53,953 bases of DNA from a virus (IMGVR_UViG_3300019135_000051:1-53953); one strand, 5' to 3'; counted from the stretch's first letter, positions 27,810 through 38,074 are shown. Program-made: numbers and translations. The notes: a model not told the origin generated them from the letters alone.

Positions 27810-30431
27810 TTGGCAGTCGTAAGGAACCTACTTATCCGCGCAGGGGCGGACTTTTCCAAGGCGCGGGCCTCCATGCAGAAATTCCAAAGAGACATGTCTG
27901 GCTTCAAAGATCGAGTGTCCAGGAGCATGTCAGACTTGCGTGACTCGATAGCAGGTGAGATTGCAGGTATCGTGACGGTACTCGGTGCAAACAGTCTTCT
28001 GCAAGATGCAATTAAGGTGGAAGCTGCATTCGGGCAGCTAAGTCGCACGATGGGATCAAGCGCCGAAGCATATCGGGAGTGGGCGCAAACCGTCGGGGCG
28101 TCGATGGGGATGTCTATCTCGGAAACACTTCGTTATGGTGCGACGTACTCCCAGATCATTTCTGACTTCACCAAGGACAATGAGCAAGTTCTCAAACGTA
28201 CGCAAGACCTCATGAAAGCGTCTGCGCTCATCGTGGCAGGTACGGGACGCGATATGACGGACGTTATGGACCGTTTGCGCTCAGCGTTCAACCAGGAAGC
28301 TGACGCTGCCGATGAGCTTGGGATCAACGTGAGGGTGGCCGCCCTTGAAGCGTCTAGCGCTTTCAAAGAGTTGGCCAACGGTCGACAATGGGCCGACTTG
28401 GATCAATCGACGCAACGGCAGATCATCTACATGCAGATTTTGAATGAAACATCGCGTCGGTACGGCGACACGCTCCAGAACAATACCATGTTGCGGCAAG
28501 CACAATTTACCGCACAGGTAAAAAACCTCGGGACAGCGATTGGTAACATTCTCCTGCCTATTTACAACGCGATGCTTCCGATACTGACCAGGATTGCAAG
28601 CGCGCTGGCGAGCGCAGCAGCTGCAGCGGCTACATTCGTCGGGGCGTTGTTCGGGTATGACCCAGCAGCGGACGCTAAAGCGGTCCAAGCACAGGCAGAT
28701 GCAGCCGATAAACTTGGATCGTCCTACCAGGCAGCTGGCGACGCCGCGAAGGACGCCGGCAAGAAGGCCAAGGGGGCGGTGGCCGGATTTGACGAAATCA
28801 ACCAGCTTGCACAATCCACAGCAGAGTCAGACAAAAGCGGAGCATCCGGGGGCGTCGCGGCGGGAGCAGACGCAGGTAGTACAGCCGGGGCGCTTGGTGA
28901 CCTGTCTAAACAGATGCAGGAGACGGCGAACCAGGCGAAACAAATGGGCCAGAAAATCCGCGAGTTCTTTGCCTCTATCCACGATGCGATCGTACAGCAT
29001 AAGGACGTGATTATCGCGGCGCTTGCTGGTATCGGCGCGGCATTCCTTGCATTCTTTCTTATCACCAATTGGGGCGCTATCTCTAAGGCCATTTCAACTG
29101 CAATCGGTGCTATCCGTGTTGCGATGCTGGCCTTGGCAGGGTCATTAGGTTGGGTAGGTTTAATTGTTGTCGCAATAGGCGCTTTGGTAGCTGCTTTCGT
29201 CTACTTCTACCGAACGAATGAGACGTTCCGCGGCGTCGTGGATGGTATCCTTCAAAAAATCGGCGAAATGGCCAAATGGCTTTGGAATGAAGTTTTTGTG
29301 CCGTTTGGAAAATGGCTTGCTGACGTAATGGTCAAGGCATGGGAAAACCTTGCATCTGCCATGAAAGTGCTATGGGCCGAGGTGATGGTGCCTTTCGGAA
29401 AATGGCTCGCAGATGTGGGACCGAAAGCTTGGGATGCGGTTAAGGCAACGGCGCAGGACTTCTGGAAAAACGTGCTCGTACCGTTCGGAAACTTTCTCAA
29501 AGCGTTGTGGAATGATGTGCTCGTACCGGTAGGAAAGGTGATCGGTGAGGTTCTGGTTATCGCATTTAAGGCGTTGGCGGCTGTAGCGCTGTCTTTATGG
29601 AGTAACGTCCTAGTGCCACTGGGTGCAGCACTTCTGGAGATGTTTAAACCAGCTGTCGAGGCTGTGTCTGCGGTGCTCACCTACTTGTGGCAAAGCGTAT
29701 TATTGCCGTTGTGGGATATGCTCGTAAAGAGTTTCACACCTGCGGCCAACGGTTTGGGTACGGTATTTCAATGGCTGTGGCAAGAAGTTTTGAAACCGTT
29801 AGTCACGTTCATGTCGGATGTATTTGTAACGGTATTCGATAACGTATTCCAAAGCATTGGAAAAATCATCGGCAACTTAAAAGACACGTTCATCGGCCTA
29901 ATGAACTTTATTACGGGAGTGTTCACGGGCGACTGGGAAAAGGCTTGGGAAGGGATCGTTGATGTATTTGAAGGCATCGTAGGCTTGCTTAAGTCGGCAT
30001 TCAAAGGAGGCATCAACGCGATAATTGCGGGCATTAACAAGCTAATTGAAGGCCTCAACAAAATACAAGTACGTGCCCCCGATTGGGTGTACAAACTGAC
30101 CGGCATCTCCTCATGGGGGATTAAGATTCCAACGATCCCGAAGCTCGCACGAGGTGGGATCGTGGCTGGTGGAACTCCATTTATCGCGGGGGAAGCAGGC
30201 GCGGAAATGGTTGTTCCTCTCGAACGCGGCGATGTTTTCGACCGATTCGCCGGGGCAATCACTACGGCGATGATTACTGCACTTCAGATGACGCAAGGTG
30301 GGTCAGACAAGACGGCAGCGGGGCGCGACATCTTGTTAAGCATTGATGGCGTCGCTTTTGCTCGTTTGATGAATGCCTATAACAGACGGGAAAGCGCCCG
30401 AATTGGCTCCAGCTTGATTACAGTTACGTAA
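27810..30431 (+). CDS. Tape measure protein
   Basis: 873 aa, Ala-rich, Trp-periodic repeats, LARGGIV near the C-terminus. Confidence 0.92.
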   Translation: MAVVRNLLIRAGADFSKARASMQKFQRDMSGFKDRVSRSMSDLRDSIAGEIAGIVTVLGANSLLQDAIKVEAAFGQLSRTMGSSAEAYREWAQTVGASMGMSISETLRYGATYSQIISDFTKDNEQVLKRTQDLMKASALIVAGTGRDMTDVMDRLRSAFNQEADAADELGINVRVAALEASSAFKELANGRQWADLDQSTQRQIIYMQILNETSRRYGDTLQNNTMLRQAQFTAQVKNLGTAIGNILLPIYNAMLPILTRIASALASAAAAAATFVGALFGYDPAADAKAVQAQADAADKLGSSYQAAGDAAKDAGKKAKGAVAGFDEINQLAQSTAESDKSGASGGVAAGADAGSTAGALGDLSKQMQETANQAKQMGQKIREFFASIHDAIVQHKDVIIAALAGIGAAFLAFFLITNWGAISKAISTAIGAIRVAMLALAGSLGWVGLIVVAIGALVAAFVYFYRTNETFRGVVDGILQKIGEMAKWLWNEVFVPFGKWLADVMVKAWENLASAMKVLWAEVMVPFGKWLADVGPKAWDAVKATAQDFWKNVLVPFGNFLKALWNDVLVPVGKVIGEVLVIAFKALAAVALSLWSNVLVPLGAALLEMFKPAVEAVSAVLTYLWQSVLLPLWDMLVKSFTPAANGLGTVFQWLWQEVLKPLVTFMSDVFVTVFDNVFQSIGKIIGNLKDTFIGLMNFITGVFTGDWEKAWEGIVDVFEGIVGLLKSAFKGGINAIIAGINKLIEGLNKIQVRAPDWVYKLTGISSWGIKIPTIPKLARGGIVAGGTPFIAGEAGAEMVVPLERGDVFDRFAGAITTAMITALQMTQGGSDKTAAGRDILLSIDGVAFARLMNAYNRRESARIGSSLITVT

Positions 30432-30443
30432 GGCGGTGAGATC

Positions 30444-30791
30444 ATGGCAGTATTGACAATTGGCACGACGTCTATCAGCCCTTCCGAAATGAGCCTAGAC
30501 GTCATGGATATATCCAACGCGGAACGGAACGCGAAGGGAACCATGATCATCGAGAGGATTGCCACCAAACGTAAAATCGAGTTGAGGTTCTCTTACCTTT
30601 CTGCGGCGGAGTTGAAAACGATCTTGACCGCCGTCTCAGGCGTTACGTTTCCCGTTACTTATACTGACCCTATCACCAATTCTAACCGTACCGCCACGTT
30701 TTACTGCGGGGACCGTTCTGTTGGAGTAGTCAGTTTCATCAACGGCACACCGGTCTACAAGGATGTGTCGTTTAATCTTATCGAAGTGTAG
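30444..30791 (+). CDS. Distal tail (Dit-like) protein
   Basis: After the tape measure gene; RNAKGTMIIERIA...FYCGDRS...FNLIE. Confidence 0.75.
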   Translation: MAVLTIGTTSISPSEMSLDVMDISNAERNAKGTMIIERIATKRKIELRFSYLSAAELKTILTAVSGVTFPVTYTDPITNSNRTATFYCGDRSVGVVSFINGTPVYKDVSFNLIEV

Positions 30792-30802
30792 GAGGGTTGA
30801 GC

Positions 30803-32377
30803 ATGTACAGTACGACGCAAGTTTATAAGGACAATGTATATGCTCAATCCAGACGATTCAGCGGGCGTGTTACGTTTGAGATCACAGACGTTGAAGCGTC
30901 GGGCGCAGTGTCAAGTGTATCGACTTCTACGCAAGCGTCGAATATCAGTCTGGCTACACAACTGTTCGACGGTGTACGTTCTCCATCCTACAGCTTGGCG
31001 ACTTTTGAGCCTGGACGGTTCAAATTAGATGGTAGTATGTCTTTTGCGGACAGTAACGTTGCCAACAACGGCCAGGTGGGATTCGTGAGTGATGTTATCT
31101 GTGGAGCCGACGGAACATTCTCCCCGGCACAAACTATCACGATAAACTACAGCAGCCTTCGCTCATCCTACGGTATCACGGTGACATTCGATCAAAATTC
31201 AGGGGAGTACGCGACAGAGTTTTCTGTTCGTGTGTATAATGGTACGTCTCTCGTAGCTAGCCAAAACGTAAACGGAAATACGAGTGTGGCAGCGGCTGTT
31301 CTCCAGCAACCTCTGTCCAACTATAACAAAATCGAGGTTATCATCACGAAGTGGGTAATAGGCAACCGACGTGCCAGGGTGCTTGAGATCGATGCCGGTA
31401 CGGTTAAAGTCTACACCGATGATAACCTGATCAATATGGAACTGACCGAGGAGATGGACGCATTCACGGGGCAATTGCCGTCTCCTGAGTTCCGGTTCAC
31501 GATTGACAATAGCAGCCGGGAGTTCAACATTCTGAACCCATCGGGGGTATATGCATTCCTTCAGCAACGGCAACGCATTACAGCTGAATTGGGTTTGGAC
31601 ATTAACGGTTCTGTTCAGTGGGTTCCACTCGGAAAGTATCTTCTCTGGGAGTGGAAGGGTGATGAAGGGGCAATGACGGCCACCTTTACCGCCCGGACTG
31701 CGCTCGATCTGATGGAGAACTACAGCTATGAGCAAAGCACCGCTAACTCTCAAAGCCTCTATAACCTAGCGGTCGCGAACTTCGCGGCATGCGGGATCAC
31801 TAAGTACAGCATCGACACGGCGCTGCAATCCATCATGACAGACAGCCTTTCCGAAAAGATCAACAGACGGGAGTTATTGCAACGTATCGCGTTGGCTGGC
31901 CTCTGCAACATATGGGTGTCGAGGGACGATGCGATCCATCTAAAGCAGCTACCCAACACGGTAGGAGCAGCCGTTGACCGGATTGACTTAGACAACGCCT
32001 ATAAGGAGCCGCAAGTTGTATTGGATACGCTGATCGGCAGCGTGCAGGTGTCGTACTGGACAAGTATCTCGTCCTCTGCGACATACACCGCAACGGATTC
32101 CAGTATTACAAATGGCAGCACATTGGCCCTTACCGGAAACAAGCTGATCAACACATCAGCACGTGCTCAAGCTGTAGCGGAGTGGCTTCTGGGCCGGTCG
32201 AAGCTGCGGGCCATCCTACAATCGAACTGGAGAGGTAATCCTGTCCATGAATTAGGTGACGTGCTGGGTATCGAGAACGTTTACGGCTCTGACCGGGCGT
32301 CATACGTCACAAAGAACCAATTGACCTACACAGGATACCTAAAGGCAACGACCGAGACGAGAGGAGCGTCGAGTTAG
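30803..32377 (+). CDS. Tail tip/baseplate hub protein
   Basis: Position; WRGNPVHELGD-type C-terminus. Confidence 0.72.
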   Translation: MYSTTQVYKDNVYAQSRRFSGRVTFEITDVEASGAVSSVSTSTQASNISLATQLFDGVRSPSYSLATFEPGRFKLDGSMSFADSNVANNGQVGFVSDVICGADGTFSPAQTITINYSSLRSSYGITVTFDQNSGEYATEFSVRVYNGTSLVASQNVNGNTSVAAAVLQQPLSNYNKIEVIITKWVIGNRRARVLEIDAGTVKVYTDDNLINMELTEEMDAFTGQLPSPEFRFTIDNSSREFNILNPSGVYAFLQQRQRITAELGLDINGSVQWVPLGKYLLWEWKGDEGAMTATFTARTALDLMENYSYEQSTANSQSLYNLAVANFAACGITKYSIDTALQSIMTDSLSEKINRRELLQRIALAGLCNIWVSRDDAIHLKQLPNTVGAAVDRIDLDNAYKEPQVVLDTLIGSVQVSYWTSISSSATYTATDSSITNGSTLALTGNKLINTSARAQAVAEWLLGRSKLRAILQSNWRGNPVHELGDVLGIENVYGSDRASYVTKNQLTYTGYLKATTETRGASS

Positions 32378-32835
32378 TGGCGACAAGCACCGTTTATTCC
32401 AAGACTGTCGAGGGCACGACGTACAGTATAACGACCATCGAGGATTGGGCCAGCACCGACGCAGTCAGCCACTCCGACTTCAACCGGATCGAGACTAACA
32501 CACAAACGCTGCGGAACATGCTCACGGCTATGTCGTACGTCATCGACACGATGACATTCACCACAGGGCGTACCATGTCGTCAATTGAGTTTTTATCATC
32601 CATTACCCGGATCGAGAACAACATTGAAACAATCCGGGGGGCCTTCCTCACACCCCCAGACTACGAGGGCGCGGAAACGTGGTCGGTCGGTAAGGGGTTC
32701 GACTACATTGACATGAATCGTCTTGAGACTAACATCCGCTCTCTATTTAACTATGCGGCCAACGTTTATGATAGTTTTTTTCGCTGCGGACAGATAAACG
32801 CAGGTAACGCGCGGGGGGATTTACCTAATGCGTGA
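32377..32835 (+). CDS. Minor tail protein
   Basis: Internal repeat DFNRIETN / DMNRLETN. Confidence 0.7.
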   Translation: MATSTVYSKTVEGTTYSITTIEDWASTDAVSHSDFNRIETNTQTLRNMLTAMSYVIDTMTFTTGRTMSSIEFLSSITRIENNIETIRGAFLTPPDYEGAETWSVGKGFDYIDMNRLETNIRSLFNYAANVYDSFFRCGQINAGNARGDLPNA

Positions 32836-32855
32836 AAGAGGAGCGAGGCGAACTT

Positions 32856-34085
32856 ATGGCTTACACGAAAACGAACTGGATTGATCGTGCGGTACAGTAT
32901 CCGAACCGATATACCAAGAGCAACGAGACGGCAACAGCGGTCACGCTCACGGCGAGTCCTGGCACAGTAACGCAGGCAGGTACGCCTTTGAGTGCAACGA
33001 ACTTTAACAAGATCGAGCAGGGCATTTACGATGCACACGTTGCCGTGGAAGAAGTAAAAAAGAACTTCGGACCGTCGAGTCCATCCGGTACCTACTTCAA
33101 CAGTAACTATGGCCTTGTATTTAGTACTACAAAGGCTGTATATTTTTCGAAAACAAAAGTCTATGCAGATGTTGCCGGTACGATAACAGTAAGATTAGCG
33201 CCTTGGACTGCGGGTGTTGGCGCTGGTACAACTATCATTGGAAAAGTGTTTTCTGTTGTAGCAGGTGAAAATGTCATTAACTTGGACATGATCGTCCCTT
33301 CGTCAGGAAACTACCTCTTGTATCTTCAATCCACCACTGGAGGAGTTCAACTGTTGCGCCTCACTTCCTACACTGGATGGGCTCAACAGTCAAATGGTAT
33401 CGTCACTTTTACTACAGGCGGAAACGCTACCACTGGAGATATTCTAAGTAACTGGTACTGGTTTTACGACCTGCAAGTCTCTGCCTTGGACGCGCTCGTT
33501 GACCTTATTTATCGTTGGCAGACAGAGAAGGGGACACCCGGCGGCACGGAACCGAACAAGGTGCCGATAACAAATGCAAGCGGACGTGTGGGTGACAGCG
33601 AGAAAGTCAGCGGATACTCGCCGTCAACTGGAGCCACACCAAACACTCTAGTGGTCCGAGATGCAAATGGGGGTATATCCGGTCTTTCAGCATCAGGATT
33701 TTGGTCGGATACAACCACACAAGTTGCGGCGAATACGACTTACACAAAAACAATACCTATTGGGTTTGCTGGAAAGAAAGGGCGGCTTGTCATTCGGCAC
33801 GGTTCCAGCAGCACCTGGGCAACCGTATACTTCAATACCGATTCCACAAAAGCGACGTCGGTAGAGGTAACGAGTACACCCACATCCCAGTTTTACTCAA
33901 AAGCGCTAGGTGACGCCAGATTAGGATCAAGAAACACCTACATCAGCGAAGGAGTAAACGCAAGCGCAACAGGCTTGACCGAAGTTTATATTTCGGGTTC
34001 TAACCTTATCATCGTATTTAGAAACGGGTCTACATCGACGGCGACTCTTAGCGTTGGTGCATGTTATTGGGAGGTGGAAGGATGA
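32856..34085 (+). CDS. Tail fibre / receptor-binding protein
   Basis: MAYTKTNW...GTPLSATNFNKIEQGI N-terminus; TPNTLVVRDANG; S/T/G-rich. Confidence 0.8.
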   Translation: MAYTKTNWIDRAVQYPNRYTKSNETATAVTLTASPGTVTQAGTPLSATNFNKIEQGIYDAHVAVEEVKKNFGPSSPSGTYFNSNYGLVFSTTKAVYFSKTKVYADVAGTITVRLAPWTAGVGAGTTIIGKVFSVVAGENVINLDMIVPSSGNYLLYLQSTTGGVQLLRLTSYTGWAQQSNGIVTFTTGGNATTGDILSNWYWFYDLQVSALDALVDLIYRWQTEKGTPGGTEPNKVPITNASGRVGDSEKVSGYSPSTGATPNTLVVRDANGGISGLSASGFWSDTTTQVAANTTYTKTIPIGFAGKKGRLVIRHGSSSTWATVYFNTDSTKATSVEVTSTPTSQFYSKALGDARLGSRNTYISEGVNASATGLTEVYISGSNLIIVFRNGSTSTATLSVGACYWEVEG

Positions 34086-34495
34086 AATTTGTAGTCTATC
34101 GAAAGTCTGATTTCCGGATAATGTCTACTTCAATTGAAACACCTGACGAAAGCTATTCTCCGCGCTGGGAGATTGATAACAACGTAATTCCTAACCACGG
34201 GGGTGCGTTTGATGACTATGGGTATGTGGAGATAACGAAAGAACAATATAGACAGATGGTAGATAGGGGGTGTTCGGTGCAATTGGTTGACGGTGTTCCC
34301 ACCTTCATCACAGTGGACATTATGCCCTCACAATCGCCGAGCAAACTGGAAGAGTTGGAAACCGAACTTCAAGCGCTGAAAAAAGAAAACACCAAGCTGA
34401 AAACGGAAAACGATGCCCTGAAACAGCGCGACTCGGCGCTGCAGGATGATGTCTTGTTCATCATGGAGACCCTTGTCTCCAACGACTTGGCGTAG
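34082..34495 (+). CDS. Tail fibre-associated protein with C-terminal coiled coil
   Basis: Coupled to the fibre gene. Confidence 0.65.
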   Translation: MKFVVYRKSDFRIMSTSIETPDESYSPRWEIDNNVIPNHGGAFDDYGYVEITKEQYRQMVDRGCSVQLVDGVPTFITVDIMPSQSPSKLEELETELQALKKENTKLKTENDALKQRDSALQDDVLFIMETLVSNDLA

Positions 34496-34514
34496 ACAAA
34501 AGGAGGAATGCGGA

Positions 34515-34775
34515 ATGGCAGAAACAGTTCGACAGCGGATGGTGCGCGGGTACGCCTTTCAAATCTATGTAGACGGCACAAAGCGGTTCTCAGATGTCAA
34601 CACCACGTACCACGAAGAGATCAAGCAGTACGCTGCAGACAACTTCACGATTGACCCGTACGCGACCGCCGAGAATCGTACCATACAACTGGATAAGGCC
34701 TGGGCAAACAGCTGGATCAACCAGCAAGAGTATGAAAATACTGTTGCGAAAATCGAGCCATACCCAACCGAGTAA
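34515..34775 (+). CDS. Small hypothetical protein (XkdX-like position)
   Basis: RBS AAAGGAGG; ends WINQQEYE. Confidence 0.6.
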   Translation: MAETVRQRMVRGYAFQIYVDGTKRFSDVNTTYHEEIKQYAADNFTIDPYATAENRTIQLDKAWANSWINQQEYENTVAKIEPYPTE

Positions 34776-34872
34776 CGCTCCTTCTCAAAAGAGATTGAGC
34801 GTTTTTTAATTGGGGAGCTGCCGCAGCTTCCTTTACTTTTGCCCCAAAAGGGGGTGAGGAGGAACGAAATAG

Positions 34873-35286
34873 ATGAAATACGACGGATGGCTAACAATTG
34901 CAACTGGCGGCACGATCGCCACGGCAACCTACCTCCTTGGAGGGCTGGATCACCTGTTATTCGCATTTGCTATCTTCCTGGCGCTAGACTATATCACCGG
35001 GTTATCAGCGGCGATATACCGCAGGGAAGTGAATAGTCGAACCGGATGGACTGGCTTGGGACGGAAAGTCCTCATGTTCGTTTTTGTGATTGTCGCGCAC
35101 CAGCTGGATGTTATCAGCGGCAATTCGCAGGGATTCATCCGGGATGCCATTTTGCTGTTCCTGATCGGGACCGAGGGGATCTCCATCATGGAGAATTGCG
35201 GCAAGCTCGGATTGCCGGTCCCTCCGTTTCTGTTGACCACGCTGGATCGGTTCAAAAACAAACAGCCCGAGAAAGAAGGAAGATAA
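34873..35286 (+). CDS. Holin (phage holin 4 / TcdE-like)
   Basis: LGGLD...LDYITG...NSRTGWTGLGRK...EGISIMEN. Confidence 0.92.
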   Translation: MKYDGWLTIATGGTIATATYLLGGLDHLLFAFAIFLALDYITGLSAAIYRREVNSRTGWTGLGRKVLMFVFVIVAHQLDVISGNSQGFIRDAILLFLIGTEGISIMENCGKLGLPVPPFLLTTLDRFKNKQPEKEGR

Positions 35287-35287
35287 C

Positions 35288-36091
35288 ATGAAAATGATCA
35301 TACCAGGCGCGCGCGTCGTAGACGTTCGCACCTCTTTGCCGCGGCACCCGGTGCTTAAATACAGGCGTCGCCGGCTGGAGGACATCCGGTCGGCAGCAAT
35401 TCATCACTCGCTGACCAAGACTGGGACACCGGAGGCGTTCGCAAACTTCCACGTCGGCACCAACAAGTGGCCCGGCATCGCCTACACGTTTGTCATCCAA
35501 AAAGACGGCACAATTTACTGGTGCAATGATCTGGAGGCGATCAGTTATCACGTTGGCGACAGCAACCGCCATGCCTTGGGTATTTGCTTGATTGGCGACT
35601 TCCGCACGCAACAACCAACACCAGCGCAGATCGACGCAGCTTACCGCCTCTTGGAGTACCTGCAGGGCATTCTGCCGAACATGAAGCAAATCCTTGGCCA
35701 CCAGGAGTACCCGGGCTACGCATGGAAAAACTGCCCGGCATTCTCAATGGATTGGTTCCGTGCAGGTTATGCACAATTTCTAAAAAAATCTGTGGAGAAG
35801 TTAGCCGGCGCGCCGGTTGCAATCGCCTTGAACAGTATCGCCCTCCCCTTCGCTGGCTTCCTGCAGAACGGTGTATCGATGCTCCCGGTGCGCGCGGTGG
35901 TGACAGCTGCCGGCGGAAAGCTGGAGTGGATCGCGGCGACGAAGGACGTGCGCGTGAACGGAAAAGACCTGCACGAAAAGATCGTGTCCGGATCCGCATA
36001 CGCTCCTGCGCGCGAGCTGGCAGCTGCCCTCGGCCTGACAGCGATATGGGACAACAAAACAAGAACCGTGAACTTGAAAGGATGTGTGTGA
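35288..36091 (+). CDS. Endolysin: Amidase_2 N-acetylmuramoyl-L-alanine amidase plus C-terminal wall-binding domain
   Basis: IHHS, WPGIAY, SYHVG, GHQE, CP. Confidence 0.92.
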   Translation: MKMIIPGARVVDVRTSLPRHPVLKYRRRRLEDIRSAAIHHSLTKTGTPEAFANFHVGTNKWPGIAYTFVIQKDGTIYWCNDLEAISYHVGDSNRHALGICLIGDFRTQQPTPAQIDAAYRLLEYLQGILPNMKQILGHQEYPGYAWKNCPAFSMDWFRAGYAQFLKKSVEKLAGAPVAIALNSIALPFAGFLQNGVSMLPVRAVVTAAGGKLEWIAATKDVRVNGKDLHEKIVSGSAYAPARELAAALGLTAIWDNKTRTVNLKGCV

Positions 36092-36092
36092 C

Positions 36093-36334
36093 ATGGAACA
36101 ATTCGCACATGAGATCACAAACGCCCTCGTCAGCCTGCTCGCTCTCCTGGTACTGGCTGTCATCACGGAGCTGCGTAAGCGCGTGCTGGGGTGGATTGAT
36201 GCCCGAAAGAGCTCAGCTGAGCGTGAGATCCTGTACAAGCTGGCTCAGGAGGGCTTCGCCTTGGTAGAACAGACGAAGAAGTGCGCGCAGCCATTGAGCG
36301 GTTCGTGACCGAATACAACAAGCACAAAAAGTGA
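36093..36334 (+). pseudogene. LL-H-type holin with internal deletion/frameshift
   Basis: N-terminal TM and ALVEQ in one frame; C-terminal DEEVRAAIERFVTEYNKHKK in another; middle missing. Confidence 0.7.
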
Positions 36335-36417
36335 CCTCCTCCCCCATCCGTTCTTCGGGTGGGGGCTTTTCTATTTTCTGGAATGACTGTATGATAGAGA
36401 AAAAGGCGGTGAATCAA

Positions 36418-36732
36418 ATGGCTCACTACATTTTGAAAGAAATCGGCGAACGCGGTACCCCTGCCGTGATGGATGGTGGACCGGGATGGAATGCTTCTCT
36501 GTTGTCGTATGGCGATGAATGGCAAATGGAAGGCGGCCCGGGTTGGAAGCTACACCAAGACGGTCCAAGCTGGAAGTTTCAAGACGGCCCCGGTTGGTCT
36601 CCGACTTTTTTCGGTCCCCCAGAGGGAAATGGCGATGTTATATACCATCGTCTCATGTTGGGCGATTGCCCCGGTTATGACAAACTGCGGTTTGGTCCTC
36701 CTGAAAATAACGGAATCTCGATGCTCCACTGA
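36418..36732 (+). CDS. 104-aa protein with tandem GPGW-like and FGPPExNG repeats
   Basis: MDGGPGW, MEGGPGW, QDGPSW, QDGPGW, GDCPGY; RBS AAGGCGGTG. Confidence 0.65.
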   Translation: MAHYILKEIGERGTPAVMDGGPGWNASLLSYGDEWQMEGGPGWKLHQDGPSWKFQDGPGWSPTFFGPPEGNGDVIYHRLMLGDCPGYDKLRFGPPENNGISMLH

Positions 36733-36797
36733 AAAGTGGGATCTCCGTTCGGTACCCTCCTTTGACGAAGCGTGAATAGCAAGGGTATGATTTAAAT

Positions 36798-36884
36798 ATG
36801 ATCTAGGGTGGGAGGAGTCTTTCAGCTCCATCCCTTTGTTCAAGCGAACCTCTTGCGGTGCCACGCAAGGGGTTTCACTTTTTT
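36798..36884 (+). ncRNA. Putative small RNA (type I antitoxin-like)
   Basis: TTGACG-18-TATGAT upstream, 5' hairpin 36805-36835, terminator hairpin 36846-36875 plus U-run. Confidence 0.45.
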
Positions 36885-37065
36885 CTGGAGCTCTCCAATT
36901 GATGATCGCGGGTACCAGGTTGATGAAGGTTGTTGTCAATTTACTTGTTAGGTCCTTTTAAATAGATGAGTAGATAAGAAATTTTACTGACTAGGAAGGA
37001 ATACCCAGATACTTGTCGTAAAAATACCAATAGTGACGAAAATTGGAAGGTAGGGGGTATTATTC

Positions 37066-37527
37066 ATGGGTTATTGGATTTTATATGCGTTGTTTGCATT
37101 GTGGGTCTTTTATGATGCCGGAAAGCGAAAAAACAATCGAATATGGTGGCCACTTGCAACGTTTCTAATTGGACCGCTCGCGCTACCGGTTTACTACGCT
37201 AAGCGTAACTTGAAAGAAGGGGAGGTTCGCGAGGGCGGTACTGCATGGAATGTTCTGAAAAACTTTGCGCTATTCTGGACGATCACGATGGTGGTCGCTG
37301 CCGTTGCCGGTATGGCTGGCGCAGGTGAAGTCGTAAACAACGCTGGTAATGAGTACGAACAGGCTGGAGCTGTCATTGGCATGGGAATCGGCTTTGCGAT
37401 GCTCGGTACTCTTTGGTTCTTCCCGATGGTTGGGGCGTTGATACTCGGTTTTTTCCTCAAAAAATCGAGTATCGTTGAAAAGGGTCCGACTGGTAAGCTG
37501 GCATCCGTCGAGATCCCGGTAAACTAA
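37066..37527 (+). CDS. Multi-pass membrane protein (moron)
   Basis: About four hydrophobic segments; RBS AGGGGG. Confidence 0.8.
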   Translation: MGYWILYALFALWVFYDAGKRKNNRIWWPLATFLIGPLALPVYYAKRNLKEGEVREGGTAWNVLKNFALFWTITMVVAAVAGMAGAGEVVNNAGNEYEQAGAVIGMGIGFAMLGTLWFFPMVGALILGFFLKKSSIVEKGPTGKLASVEIPVN

Positions 37528-37604
37528 CGCTAAAATGTCTCGGAGTCAATCCGGGGCTTCTTCTTTTTGTCTTGATAATCCGTCTCTCATCGCACATAAT
37601 ATAA

Positions 37605-37616
37605 GAACTAATGTTC
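37605..37616 (+). promoter_or_regulatory. LexA/DinR SOS (Cheo) box
   Basis: GAAC-TAAT-GTTC, 25 bp upstream of the yolD-like gene. Confidence 0.8.
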
Positions 37617-37641
37617 GCTGTTATATTACGGAGGGGTCTCG

Positions 37642-37983
37642 ATGGCACGGAAAATCAACGATTTATTCGGCTCGATGCGGATGGTCCTGCCGGAGCACCG
37701 CGCAGCCATTCTCGAGCATAACGAGGAGAGAGGGCTCATCGAGCGTCCAGTGATCGACGAAGTCGACATGGGCGAAATGTGCTTTCGCATCTACGACTCG
37801 ACACAGTACGATTACGCGATCACAGTAAAATGGTTCCAACCGGTGCGCGGCAACCTCGGCGTGTTCGAGACCGCGTGGGGAGTTGTTCGCGAGATCGACC
37901 CGGAACGGAAACGATTCAAACTAGCGAACGATTGGGAGTCCCGGTGGATTAACGTGAAGGACATCGTGAGCGTAACGAAATAA
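37642..37983 (+). CDS. YolD-like protein
   Basis: SMRMVLPEHRAAI...RPVIDE...GVVREID...INVKDIVSV; SOS box upstream. Confidence 0.88.
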   Translation: MARKINDLFGSMRMVLPEHRAAILEHNEERGLIERPVIDEVDMGEMCFRIYDSTQYDYAITVKWFQPVRGNLGVFETAWGVVREIDPERKRFKLANDWESRWINVKDIVSVTK

Positions 37984-38074
37984 TAATTTCCAGTAAACAG
38001 TGTTGTTCGAACATAGTTGACGGTTCAGAGAATGATATTACTAAACAATAGCACAACGGAACGAGGGATAATAA

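Noticed and set aside
29250-29830. Repeated GTGCC.TT.GGAAAATGGCT sequences
   Set aside because: They encode ordinary Trp-periodic tape-measure repeats.
32856-34085. Diversity-generating retroelement or invertible tail-fibre cassette
   Set aside because: No reverse transcriptase, invertase or template repeat was found; only compositional mosaicism.
36418-37527. Arbitrium (aimR-aimP) system
   Set aside because: No TPR/RRNPP receptor gene was seen in the window, and the repeat protein lacks a signal peptide.
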